Assembly (NCBI GenBank): GCA_017621415.1
Contig: JAGATD010000045.1
Span: 9,270-73,269 of the forward strand
Length of the DNA stretch: 64,000 bases
From: Clostridia bacterium
GTDB lineage: Bacteria > Bacillota > Clostridia > Oscillospirales > CAG-272
Reading direction: 5' to 3'
This document shows, piece after piece, positions 19,492 to 28,751 of the stretch. The number at the start of each line of letters is the position of its first letter. Within the stretch, counting starts at the first letter, position 1. The notes beneath the pieces are model-generated. The model saw only the letters and a program-made list of their open reading frames with translations, was not told where the DNA came from and did no database searches. The position numbers and the translations under genes were made by a program.

Positions 19492-19501
19492 GTGCATACG
19501 T

Positions 19502-20992
19502 TTACTGTGCGTTAGTTGCTACAGCCTCAGTACTGTAGCCAAGATAAATGTTGTCAAGCGAAAGCTTGGAGCTCAAGCCCTTGTTAGCGTAAATAAGCGC
19601 TCTGTAGCTACTGTTTGTTTCGGTAGATGTTCCGTTGGTGTAGAAGTCGCACTGCCACTCGTTATCTATATAAAGCTTAACGAGTATCAGCTTTGCATCT
19701 GCGATGTAATTATACTCAAAGCGGAAGTTATGCCACTCGCCCTGCTTAACCGAAATGTTTTCACCTGCCAGAATGGTATGGTTTGAGCTGTGAATAGAGA
19801 TTTTCCCATCAGAGCCCGAAAGATATACCGAGCTTCTCGCACCCTGGACATCACCGCCGTTTATCTTATCGGCAAGCATAATGTAACCGAAGGTTCCGTC
19901 AACGCCCTCAAACATAGCATCAAACTCCATAATAAAGGATTTATCTGTGGCTGATGGAGTATTAAACGTAAGTGTTGTGTTTAGGTTAGAGGTTATACTC
20001 GAAAAATCAGCATAAGAGTATTTGTCATCAGCGCCTACTATTTCACCTACCGGAGCAAGGCTGCCTGTTTTAAACTGGATAGCACTTTCACCGTTATCAA
20101 AGCTTATTTCCTTACCTGTATAATTACCTGAGTAATACTTACCCGAGCCCTTTGTGTAGGTGGTAGGAACAAATACGCTTGCAGAGCAAACCATATTTCC
20201 GGTAACGGGAATCTCAACTCCGTTCTCCGCCTCGGTAACCATGCCGTTGCCGTTCTCATCATAGGTGGTGATGCTCCATGTGCAGGTCGCACCTGCGGCA
20301 AGCTCACCTGAATATTTAAGGGTCACGGTATCTTGAGTGCTTATAACACTTTCAAGTCCGGTATCGTCTATAGTGCCGCCATCAACGACTATCATGTGAT
20401 AATCGGTGATAAGAGTCTCATTTTTGCCGCCGTCAAAGTTATCAATGGCTATCTGCGCCTTTTCGGCATAATCTATGAGTGAAAGATAAAGCTCTTTATA
20501 AACGTATCCTCTCTGTGTAGGATTCGTATTTCTGATGTAGTTATCCTTAAAGAGCTTGGTATAAAGGAACTGCATTACACTGTATGTTTCTACATCCACA
20601 GGACGGGTATCTCCTGTGTAAGCAACCGCATATACGGTCTCGGTGAAATCCTGAGCGGGCATTCCCTCGGTTGCGTAAATAGGATATTCCGCAGATGTAT
20701 CGTCTTCATTTTCTACGGTTAAGGTTTCTGCACGCTTTAACGCATTTTTCCATTCACCGCTCTCACCGATCTTATACTCAACCTTGAGGTCGGATATAGC
20801 GGCTTCTCCTGATGATATATCGATTTTAGGGGCATATGCTATTGCTATTCTGTCATTGTGTATTATGGTTTGCGCATAAAAATCAACCTTACTGTCGTTC
20901 TCTGCCGATGCGGTAATGCCTATCACCGCTCCAACAAGAAGAGCAAACGAAAGCACTGCCAAAAAAATTTTTTTGAGATTGTTTGTTTTCAT
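19502..20992 (-). CDS. Sec-secreted beta-sandwich protein A with C-terminal LamG-like module
   Basis: Signal peptide ...GITASA/END. Shares the YSV.(Q/E)(F/Y)...(K/R)L(F/Y) region with 28059-29567 and 61635-63050. The C-terminus (QGEWHNFRFEY...KLYIDNEWQCD...LDNIYLGYS) resembles the last module of giant A. Confidence 0.8.
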   Translation of the reverse strand: MKTNNLKKIFLAVLSFALLVGAVIGITASAENDSKVDFYAQTIIHNDRIAIAYAPKIDISSGEAAISDLKVEYKIGESGEWKNALKRAETLTVENEDDTSAEYPIYATEGMPAQDFTETVYAVAYTGDTRPVDVETYSVMQFLYTKLFKDNYIRNTNPTQRGYVYKELYLSLIDYAEKAQIAIDNFDGGKNETLITDYHMIVVDGGTIDDTGLESVISTQDTVTLKYSGELAAGATCTWSITTYDENGNGMVTEAENGVEIPVTGNMVCSASVFVPTTYTKGSGKYYSGNYTGKEISFDNGESAIQFKTGSLAPVGEIVGADDKYSYADFSSITSNLNTTLTFNTPSATDKSFIMEFDAMFEGVDGTFGYIMLADKINGGDVQGARSSVYLSGSDGKISIHSSNHTILAGENISVKQGEWHNFRFEYNYIADAKLILVKLYIDNEWQCDFYTNGTSTETNSSYRALIYANKGLSSKLSLDNIYLGYSTEAVATNAQ

Positions 20993-21027
20993 TTCAATTA
21001 TAATCCTTTCTTAACTGTTTGCTTTGG

Positions 21028-21165
21028 TCAGTCGTTTACATCCCAGTTGTCATCAATAATGCCATTTCCTTCGCCTGACGTTTCTCCGCCGGAGGACGTA
21101 ACAATGTCTGAAAATTCTAGCAGAATAATTTGAATGTCTGCGTTTTCATATGTTTTTTGTTTCAC
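21028..21165 (-). CDS. conserved micro-ORF A (45 aa, GTG start), below the ORF-track cutoff
   Basis: Hand translation gives (M)KQKTYENADIQIILLEFSDIVTSSGGETSGEGNGIIDDNWDVND*. It is homologous in sequence and position to 29599-29727 and lies 35 nt upstream of the secreted-protein gene. Confidence 0.55.
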   Translation of the reverse strand: MKQKTYENADIQIILLEFSDIVTSSGGETSGEGNGIIDDNWDVND

Positions 21166-21457
21166 TTTTCAAGTTTTTCCTTTCTTCGCCAAAACTGAAA
21201 TATTCTCTGCGGCATGACGATTTTATTTGGGTTAGCACAGATAAATCTTACGGCTACGTACTAAGAATATCACAATTTTTATACCATTTCAATGAGTAAA
21301 ATCAATATTTGTTAACCTCGACGAAAAAATTTGTAGACTTATACAAAACAGCTTTTATACTCTCAAAAATCTCTTTAAAATCATATAAAATTCCGGCTAA
21401 TTTTCCCTGCGAAAAATTGAAAAAGTGACTTTTCAAAGGCATTAAAATAACAAAAAA

Positions 21458-21500
21458 GAGGCAGGCTCCAGGTTAAAAAACTTGAGCTAACCTCTTTTTC
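21458..21500 (-). terminator. imperfect hairpin with flanking T/A runs after the radical SAM gene
   Basis: AGAGG...CCTCT outer stem with partial inner pairing. A T-run follows on the minus strand. Confidence 0.4.
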
Positions 21501-21517
21501 GATGTTTTTTAATTTTT

Positions 21518-22138
21518 CTACTTACCTATGTACTTCCTCACACGGAGCTTTACACCGCAGGAGTCGGCGATTTTTTTGCATTCCTCGATTTCTTCGTCTG
21601 TCAGCGCCTCGTCAACTACCGAAAACGCAACATTTGGCACATAGTTTTTTACCTTTTTGGCAAAATCCAAAATGCTATCAAAGGCAGCCTTGCCAAAGGC
21701 GCTCTGGCAAACCTTAGCATATTTTTCGGCAGTTGGGGCATTCAGGCTTATTGATACCGCATCAAACGCATCCTTATAAAAGGGCGCTGTATCATAGCCC
21801 AAGATAAGGTCGGACTGACCGTTTGTGTTTATCCTGATTTTTACCTCAGGGTGCTTTTCCTTTACCGCAAGAGAAGCGGCTCTTGCTTCACGAAGCCTTA
21901 CACTTGGCTCACCGTAGCCGCAAAAAACTATCTCTGAATACCTGCTTAGGTCTCGTGAGAGAATTGAGTCTACAATCTCCTTGAGGGTGGGCTCCCTCTC
22001 AAGCCAGAGTGGATCCGAGCCGTAAGCCGAGTCACCGTTGTTGCGAATGCAGAAAACGCAACGGTTTGAGCACTTGTTTGTTATGTTGACATAGAGTGAA
22101 TTCTCTACCTCATAGGTTATACACATTGATTTTTTCAT
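21518..22138 (-). CDS. radical SAM protein, TatD-associated type
   Basis: CX3CX2C cluster motif (CSNRCVFC) near the N-terminus. ~200 aa and immediately downstream of tatD. Confidence 0.7.
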   Translation of the reverse strand: MKKSMCITYEVENSLYVNITNKCSNRCVFCIRNNGDSAYGSDPLWLEREPTLKEIVDSILSRDLSRYSEIVFCGYGEPSVRLREARAASLAVKEKHPEVKIRINTNGQSDLILGYDTAPFYKDAFDAVSISLNAPTAEKYAKVCQSAFGKAAFDSILDFAKKVKNYVPNVAFSVVDEALTDEEIEECKKIADSCGVKLRVRKYIGK

Positions 22139-22151
22139 AATTATTTCTCTT

Positions 22152-22940
22152 TTATTTTATACCAAAGAAGCGCTTAGCATTCTCGGCGGTAAGGGCGGCG
22201 CACTCCTCTTCGGTAATGCCGAAAATGCCGGCAAGAGCAGCATTTGTGTACTTTAGATTTCCCGAGTGGTTAAGGCTGCCGCGCAGCGGGTGGGGGGCAA
22301 GATATGGACAGTCGGTTTCTATCATTACAAATTCCTTCGGAATTCTTGCGGCTACCTCTCTCGGCTTTTTCGCATTGGTAAATGTAAGTGTTCCGGAGAA
22401 TGAAATCATCCAGCCGAGTCGGACAAGCTCCTCTGCCATCTCGGCAGAGCCCGAGAAGCTGTGAAGAACACCCCTGACATTCGGATGACGTTTTATGACC
22501 TCCATAATATCTCCGTGTGATTCCCTATCGTGGATGCAGACAGGAATACTAAGCTTTTCGGCAAGGAGCATCTGGGCTTCAAAATAGCGGTGCTGCCTTT
22601 CCTTATCTGTATCGGGGTAATGGTAGTCAAGTCCTATTTCACCAAGACATACACACTTATTGGTTTTATCTAGAATTAGGGCTTCAATATCCGCAATTTC
22701 CGATTCCATATCTGAGAGAAAGCGGGTATCTGAGGGGTGAATACCTATTGCGGTATACATATTCTCGTATTTTTTCGCCTGCTCTGCCGCTTGTCTTGAT
22801 GTGGTGGGGTCTGTGCCTACATTTATTATATGAGAGACGCTTTCCGAAAGGAGGGTGTCAAGCAAAACGCCGACACCCTCCGCACATTCCTCGGAAAATC
22901 TCTCGTCATAGTAATGAGCGTGAGAATCGAAGTATTTCAT
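22152..22940 (-). CDS. tatD: TatD-family metal-dependent hydrolase/DNase
   Basis: N-terminal FDSHAHY motif and a TIM-barrel metal ligand pattern (GEIGLDYH, HDR, HSFSG, ETDCPYL). Confidence 0.85.
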   Translation of the reverse strand: MKYFDSHAHYYDERFSEECAEGVGVLLDTLLSESVSHIINVGTDPTTSRQAAEQAKKYENMYTAIGIHPSDTRFLSDMESEIADIEALILDKTNKCVCLGEIGLDYHYPDTDKERQHRYFEAQMLLAEKLSIPVCIHDRESHGDIMEVIKRHPNVRGVLHSFSGSAEMAEELVRLGWMISFSGTLTFTNAKKPREVAARIPKEFVMIETDCPYLAPHPLRGSLNHSGNLKYTNAALAGIFGITEEECAALTAENAKRFFGIK

Positions 22941-24877
22941 CAGTGTATTCTGTCTCCGTTCTTTGCCTCAGGGTCAAGGAACACAACCCTTACATCCTCC
23001 TCGCCTGACGCAAGAAGCATGCCGTAGCTGTCAACTCCGCAAAGCTTTGCGGGCTTTAAGTTGGTAACAAGACATACCTTTTTACCTACGAGCTGGTCGG
23101 GCGTATAGAACTTTGCAATTCCCGAAACCACCTGGCGCTTCTCGTAGCCGAGGTCCACCTGGAGCTTAAGAAGCTTCTTTGCCTTGGGAACAGGCTCGGC
23201 AGATAGAATTTCGGCAACGCGGAGCTCAACTGCAGAAAATGCGTCAATGCCGATTTCAGCCTCGTGCTCGGGCTCCTCTATGGGCTTTGCTGCCTCGGCT
23301 GCCGCCTTTATTTTAGCTTCCATTTCCTCAAGGAATTTCTTCTCGTCAATTCTTGCAAAAAGGGTGAAGGCTTCGCCAAGAGGCTTTCCTGCCTCGAGGG
23401 CGCCAAAGGAAGAAACAGAGGCGAAATCGGTCTTATCTGTTCCAAGCTGAGAGAAGATGTTCTTTGCGGTCTGTGGGATATAGGGAGCCAGAAGCACAGC
23501 TCCGACTCTGATTGTTTCAAGAAGATTATAGATTACAGTTGCAAGACGTGGCTTATCCTCTTCGTTTTTAGCAAGCGCCCATGGCATTGTTTCGTCAATG
23601 TACTTATTGGCGCGTCTGAGCATTGTGAATATCTCGTCAAGAGAGTCTGCAACGTGATATGCGTTCATAAGCTTTACAGACTCGCTTATACCCTTAGCCA
23701 CTGCTGCTTTGAGCTCGTCGTCGATAGGCTCACACTTTTCGGGCGCGGGCACTATGCCACCGAAGTACTTCTTAGTCATTGCGTGGGTACGGCTGACAAG
23801 GTTGCCGAGGTTGTTTGCAAGGTCGTTATTATATCTTGAAATAACCGACTCATAGGTGATAGAGCCGTCGGAATTATAGGGCATCTCGGAGAGAGCATAA
23901 TATCTTACCGCATCAACACCGAATGTCTCGGCAAGCTCGTCGGCAAATACCACGTTACCCTTGGATTTTGACATCTTGTCATTACCGAAGTTGAACCAGG
24001 GGTGACCGAATACCTTTTTAGGCAAAGGCAGGTCAAGAGCCATAAGGAAGATAGGCCAGTAGATAGTGTGGAATCTAAGAATATCCTTACCGATAATATG
24101 AACATCGGCAGGCCACCACTTCTTAAACTTCTCGGACTGCTCCTCAAAGGACTTGTCGGGGTCGTAGCCTATTGCGGTAATGTAGTTTGTAAGAGCATCA
24201 AGCCAAACGTAGGTTACGTGCTTTTCGTCAAAGTCAACGGGGATACCCCACTTAAACGATGTTCTGGAAACACAGAGGTCCTGAAGGCCCGCATTAAGGA
24301 AGTTGTTTACCATTTCCTTTTTACGGCTCTCGGGCTCGATAAAGCCGGGGTTGTCCTCAATGTGCTTAATAAGGCGGTCTGCATATTTCGACATCTTAAA
24401 GAAGTATGCCTCTTCTCTAGCCTGGGTTACGGGACGTCCGCAATCGGGACAAATGCCGCCTGCCGCCTGAGTCTCGGTAAAGAATGACTCACAGGGGGTG
24501 CAGTACCAGCCCTCATAGAAGCCCTTGTAAATATCGCCCTTGTCATAAAATTTCTTGAATATCTTTTTAACAGCGGCTACATGGTAGTCGTCTGTGGTGC
24601 GGATGAAGTGGTCGTACTCAACACCCATAAGGTCCCAAATCTTCTTGATTTCACCCGAAACCCCGTCAACATAAGCCTGGGGAGTAATTCCTGCCTCGGT
24701 TGCCAGATTTTCAATCTTCTGTCCGTGCTCGTCTGTACCTGTGCAGAGAAAAACATCCTTGCCCTGGCTCTTCTGGAACCTTGCAAACGCGTCGGACATA
24801 ATAATTTCGTAAGTGTTGCCGAAGTGGGGCTTACGTGATGCGTAAGCTATGGCTGTTGTGAGATAAAACTTTTCCAT
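22940..24877 (-). CDS. metG: methionyl-tRNA synthetase with C-terminal tRNA-binding domain
   Basis: KMSKS loop (DKMSKSKGN), a zinc knuckle (CTPCESF...CPDCGRP) and a C-terminal EMAP/Trbp111-like domain. The start was moved to the ATG at 24877, which has AGGAGA upstream. Confidence 0.9.
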   Translation of the reverse strand: MEKFYLTTAIAYASRKPHFGNTYEIIMSDAFARFQKSQGKDVFLCTGTDEHGQKIENLATEAGITPQAYVDGVSGEIKKIWDLMGVEYDHFIRTTDDYHVAAVKKIFKKFYDKGDIYKGFYEGWYCTPCESFFTETQAAGGICPDCGRPVTQAREEAYFFKMSKYADRLIKHIEDNPGFIEPESRKKEMVNNFLNAGLQDLCVSRTSFKWGIPVDFDEKHVTYVWLDALTNYITAIGYDPDKSFEEQSEKFKKWWPADVHIIGKDILRFHTIYWPIFLMALDLPLPKKVFGHPWFNFGNDKMSKSKGNVVFADELAETFGVDAVRYYALSEMPYNSDGSITYESVISRYNNDLANNLGNLVSRTHAMTKKYFGGIVPAPEKCEPIDDELKAAVAKGISESVKLMNAYHVADSLDEIFTMLRRANKYIDETMPWALAKNEEDKPRLATVIYNLLETIRVGAVLLAPYIPQTAKNIFSQLGTDKTDFASVSSFGALEAGKPLGEAFTLFARIDEKKFLEEMEAKIKAAAEAAKPIEEPEHEAEIGIDAFSAVELRVAEILSAEPVPKAKKLLKLQVDLGYEKRQVVSGIAKFYTPDQLVGKKVCLVTNLKPAKLCGVDSYGMLLASGEEDVRVVFLDPEAKNGDRIH

Positions 24878-25000
24878 TTTACTGTCTCCTTCAATATGCC
24901 GGCTAATGGAACCCGCATAGTATTTCATTCTATTATTTTAACACAGTTTTATAGAAAATACAATAGCAAATTTAAAATTCGAAATTCGGAATTCTAAATC

Positions 25001-25030
25001 CGAGAAAAAAGGCTTCCCCTTGGGGAAGTC
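25001..25030 (-). terminator. rho-independent terminator after the MFS gene
   Basis: Minus strand reads GGACTTCCCCAAGGGGAAGCC followed by TTTTTTCTC. Confidence 0.7.
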
Positions 25031-25120
25031 CTTTCATGTTACGGTGGCTTTCCCACAAAAATCTCGTCAAAAACTTTACAGAGGGGAAATGTTAAAGTAT
25101 ATTCACAGAATATTAATGAG

Positions 25121-26419
25121 TCACATCTCACTGCTTGAAGACAGGGTAAGGTCGCTTTTTACACTTTTCATCTTTCTTACAACTTGGTTAATATAGACAT
25201 AAGCGAGAATAACAACTATCAGCGAAGCAAAAGAGAGGACCTGTTGGGCATACAAGTTAACTCCGAAAATTGTTACTCCCCCACTTTGCTGAATTTGCTC
25301 CAGCATATATCCCGAAACAAGCGCTGAGCCAAAGCCTGCGAAGCCTCCCACGGCGGCTTTAACACCGATTGCCACAGTTCTGTCCTCGGGGCTGACAAAG
25401 TCATAAACCAGGTTTAAGGAGCCGCTATTCATTCCCGCCATAGCAAATCCGTAGAAGCAGGAGTATATTACATAAAACCATTTTGTCCAACCGGGAGCTG
25501 TGAATATTACTCCGACGAATGCAATGCCCTGCATAACCAGACAGAGCATTATAGAATATGTAAAGGACTTTTTGTCGGCTATTTTACCCATTAATGGTGA
25601 TAAAATAAGTCTCGAAATCAAGCCCAGCGTAGTAATAATAGTTATTACTGTAAAGCTCATAGACAGCTCCTGGCGCAAATATGAGGGATAAAAGGGTGTT
25701 GACAGCCCGAGAGATATCTGCCAGAGTATGTCTATCACCATTATTTTAGCAATACTTTTGTTCTTTAAAAGTGATTTTGCCGAATCCTTTACAGATATTT
25801 TTTCACTTTCTACTTCGTCCTCGTGGCATACAGCCAATGACACCGTATGCATAACCGTCATTATTATCAATGCAACTAAGCATATTGTATAATACTCTGC
25901 TGTGGGGTTGCCTAAGGAATCACGGTATGTATCGGCAATATTGCCAAGAAGCATTGAAACTATCACTCCGCCTGCCAGCGAAATCATTTCCTTTACCGCT
26001 GTAAATCTTCCTCTTTTTTCATCATCAACCGAGCGCATAAGCCAAACCATTCTGGCAGGCAGTACGGCATTTGTAACAAGGTTACCTGCTACAAGAAAAA
26101 TAACGAACAAAAGCGATTTTGCTCCCGATGAAAAGTTAGATATAGGCAAAAGATAAACCGCAATAAATGCAATTTGACTGAAGAGCATGGCAAAAGTTAC
26201 GGTTCTCTTTGCTTTTCTTCCGGAAAGAAAAAGGGCAAAAATCTGCGCTCCGCAGGAAAGGGTAGCTACATTGTTGATTATACCCTGAGTTGCATCATTA
26301 AATCCTAACGCAGCTAAAAGATAGCCCAAAAAGGTGCTGGTAACAAATATTGATATAAAGTAGTTTAGAGACTCTTCCGCCACAAAAGCGACACGCATTA
26401 TTTTTCTTTTATTTTCCAT
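25121..26419 (-). CDS. MFS transporter (glycoside/oligosaccharide-type suspected)
   Basis: 432 aa with about 12 predicted hydrophobic helices and a central cytoplasmic loop. The position suggests co-transcription with the upstream hydrolase. Confidence 0.7.
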   Translation of the reverse strand: MENKRKIMRVAFVAEESLNYFISIFVTSTFLGYLLAALGFNDATQGIINNVATLSCGAQIFALFLSGRKAKRTVTFAMLFSQIAFIAVYLLPISNFSSGAKSLLFVIFLVAGNLVTNAVLPARMVWLMRSVDDEKRGRFTAVKEMISLAGGVIVSMLLGNIADTYRDSLGNPTAEYYTICLVALIIMTVMHTVSLAVCHEDEVESEKISVKDSAKSLLKNKSIAKIMVIDILWQISLGLSTPFYPSYLRQELSMSFTVITIITTLGLISRLILSPLMGKIADKKSFTYSIMLCLVMQGIAFVGVIFTAPGWTKWFYVIYSCFYGFAMAGMNSGSLNLVYDFVSPEDRTVAIGVKAAVGGFAGFGSALVSGYMLEQIQQSGGVTIFGVNLYAQQVLSFASLIVVILAYVYINQVVRKMKSVKSDLTLSSSSEM

Positions 26420-26562
26420 TTGAAAGCTCCGTTATTTCTCTTTAGCTTACTAAAAAAAGCAGGCTGAAAGCTGTAAGACATATATGTACCCCAAAAGCCT
26501 TTGGCTTTTGGGGTTTAGGGCAAAGCGGACTCTGCCCTGAAATTTCTATCATTTTTTGTTTT

Positions 26563-27960
26563 TTAGAACACAACTCTTATTTCTACACAAGAGTGAGCCT
26601 TAACCGTATAGGTAGAGTTCTTTATTACCTCGCCTACTGCTGTGTAGAGGTACTCGTCATCTGTAACTATTACCTCGCCGGAGTTTACATCAGCGCCTGT
26701 AACATCAAGCTCTAGGGTCAGCGGCTGGTCTTTATCGTTTGCTATGAGGATTATGCCCTTTTTGTCATTTCTTGCGGCAAGGGTATAAACGTCCTTGTTG
26801 TCGGAGCAGTTTTCTACCTCACATCCGAGCTTGTAAGCCTGACCGAAGGATTTGAATGCATAGTAGGTTTTATAGGGCTCGAATGTATCGGGATTAAACA
26901 TACCGTGATAAACACTTATGCCTATTTCTCCTATATAGTAACAGAGAACAGATGTCTCGGACTTCTGCATTCCAAGCATTACGGCAAGGTTTCTCGCAGA
27001 ATATTCTGCCTCAGAGCGCAGCTTTACCTTACGGAAGCAGGTATTCCACTCCTCCAAGATATCGGGAATATGCTCAAAGCCGTATTTTTTAAGAAGCGCT
27101 CTACAATACTTTGCTCTGTCAACAATATTTTCTACAAGGGCTATGTAGCCGTGCCAGCAGAAGAAATCAAGGGGACAGTCATGCTCCTTAACATACTGTA
27201 AGAAGCGGTGTACAAAATCTATTCTGTAAGCCCAAACATGTTCCTTGTTTGCATACTGCGGGTCAACGCCTTTTAGCTCGGGGTCCCAGATTTCATGCTC
27301 CTTAAAGCCCATTGCGCCGGGGCCGCCAAGCATTATGCTGTCGCCGAAGCACTTCTTTATATGCTTTGAGGATATTTCGTAAAACTTAAAGAATTCTTCA
27401 CGTCCGCCGTGCCAGGTCTGCGCAATATTATTAGGGTCAAAGTCAACGTCTGCCTCATTCCATATTGTCCAGTATTTTATTCCGTAGTGATATCCGTCTG
27501 CCCAACCCTCATTATAGTGGCGGATTATATGCTCGCATATTTCTGCCCACTTCTGAAAATCCTTTGGGGGATAGACGTGATAAGCCTTAATGTTTGCCCA
27601 GTTCTCAATGGTAATTCCAAGGCGGTAGATAGGCTCTACTCCATAGTCTCGAAGAGTCTTTATAAGTACGTCGGTATGAGCGAAGTCATAGGATGCGGGG
27701 TCATTTACGTCAGCATCAAAGTTGCGGAAGATGTTAGGAATATCAACAAATCTGCCGCCGCCAAAATAGCCTGCCACATCGTGAAATCTGGAATAAGGAA
27801 TTGCCGCTTCATCAAGATAGTGGAAAAGCGCAGGTCCAACACTGGATTCTCCGCCAAGAATAGGAGCGGAGCAAATTCCGTGCATAGGTTTAATTTTGTT
27901 TCCTGTTTTTTTAGTAAAATCTGCTGTTATTTTAACTGTTTCAAGTTTTACGGCGCTCAT
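26563..27960 (-). CDS. clan GH-A-like (beta/alpha)8 glycoside hydrolase (GH39-like), cytoplasmic
   Basis: YWTIWNEAD resembles the clan GH-A acid/base NE motif. There is a C-terminal beta-sandwich tail and no signal peptide. The family cannot be resolved by eye. Confidence 0.55.
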   Translation of the reverse strand: MSAVKLETVKITADFTKKTGNKIKPMHGICSAPILGGESSVGPALFHYLDEAAIPYSRFHDVAGYFGGGRFVDIPNIFRNFDADVNDPASYDFAHTDVLIKTLRDYGVEPIYRLGITIENWANIKAYHVYPPKDFQKWAEICEHIIRHYNEGWADGYHYGIKYWTIWNEADVDFDPNNIAQTWHGGREEFFKFYEISSKHIKKCFGDSIMLGGPGAMGFKEHEIWDPELKGVDPQYANKEHVWAYRIDFVHRFLQYVKEHDCPLDFFCWHGYIALVENIVDRAKYCRALLKKYGFEHIPDILEEWNTCFRKVKLRSEAEYSARNLAVMLGMQKSETSVLCYYIGEIGISVYHGMFNPDTFEPYKTYYAFKSFGQAYKLGCEVENCSDNKDVYTLAARNDKKGIILIANDKDQPLTLELDVTGADVNSGEVIVTDDEYLYTAVGEVIKNSTYTVKAHSCVEIRVVF

Positions 27961-28006
27961 GGCACGTCTCCTTTGAATTTTAGAAAGAAATTTTGCTTTT
28001 TTTATC

Positions 28007-28033
28007 GGGTTACCGCATAAGGCGCGGTAACCC
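28007..28033 (-). other. 10-bp GC-rich intergenic stem-loop
   Basis: GGGTTACCGC-ataaggc-GCGGTAACCC lies between the secreted-protein gene and the hydrolase gene. On the mRNA strand it is followed by an A-run, so it is not a canonical terminator. Confidence 0.6.
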
Positions 28034-28058
28034 TGTTTTAGTTTTTACTTATTTTGAA

Positions 28059-28751
28059 TTACTCTGCAGGCTCTGCAACGTAAGTCTTGTTTATTGCCTT
28101 GAAAACGGTGTTGTCGAAATAAATGGAAACCGAGTAAACATCCCATTTTGTAATAAAAGCACCGAAATAATTCATCTCACTTGTAGGAGCAAAATTGCTG
28201 ATAGTGGCAAAGCAAGCACCGCCAATATAATATTTTACAACATTCGCATCGGTGTAATACTCCATAGTTAGGGTGTACCATTTGTTTGCATCGATACGAG
28301 TACCGTCGGCAAGAGAATAGTGAGAAAATGCCCCGTCAACAGCTTTTGCCGTAATAGCTATTTCCGCATTTCTTATGGGATTTTGGTTTTGGTTGTTATA
28401 GTTACTAGACAAGAATAAATAAATACCCGTTTTATCTGCCGTAACACTCGTAGAACTAAGCATTATGTCCGTTTCAAATACAATACAATTTCCTGTAGCA
28501 TCAGTCTGCTTTTTGAAGTACATATCGGTAGAATTGACATTTTGGTGCTTATACATAAGAAGATATTTATCATCACCGTCGGTAATCACCTGAGTACGGC
28601 TACCGGTAGCAGTGGCTGCTGTACTTCCTTTAGAAGCATTATAATATACAAAATCATCCATACTATAGAGACTCGACACTCCGCTTACTGCGCTATATCC
28701 GATTGATGATTGGAAATTGTTTCCGCCGAGAAGCTCGTAGTAATTGCCTGC
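28059..28751 (-). repeat. coding module copy 1 of 3 (others at 31154-31850 and 31893-32530)
   Basis: Shared runs include LLMYKHQNV, DMYFKKQ.D..GNCIVFETDI.LSSTSVTADKTGIYLFL and WYTLTMEYYTD. Long near-identical nucleotide stretches occur, e.g. around 28440-28500 against 31545-31620. Confidence 0.85.

Noticed and set aside
24878-25120. T-box or other leader upstream of metG.
   Set aside because: The 243-nt gap is largely taken up by the MFS terminator hairpin. I could not find the conserved T-box sequence (…GGGTGGTACCGCG-like) or a specifier/antiterminator arrangement.
28007-28033. The 10-bp GC hairpin read as the terminator of the 502-aa gene.
   Set aside because: On the coding (minus) strand it is followed by an A-run, not a U-tract. 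The T-run lies on the wrong side. It was recorded only as a stem-loop.
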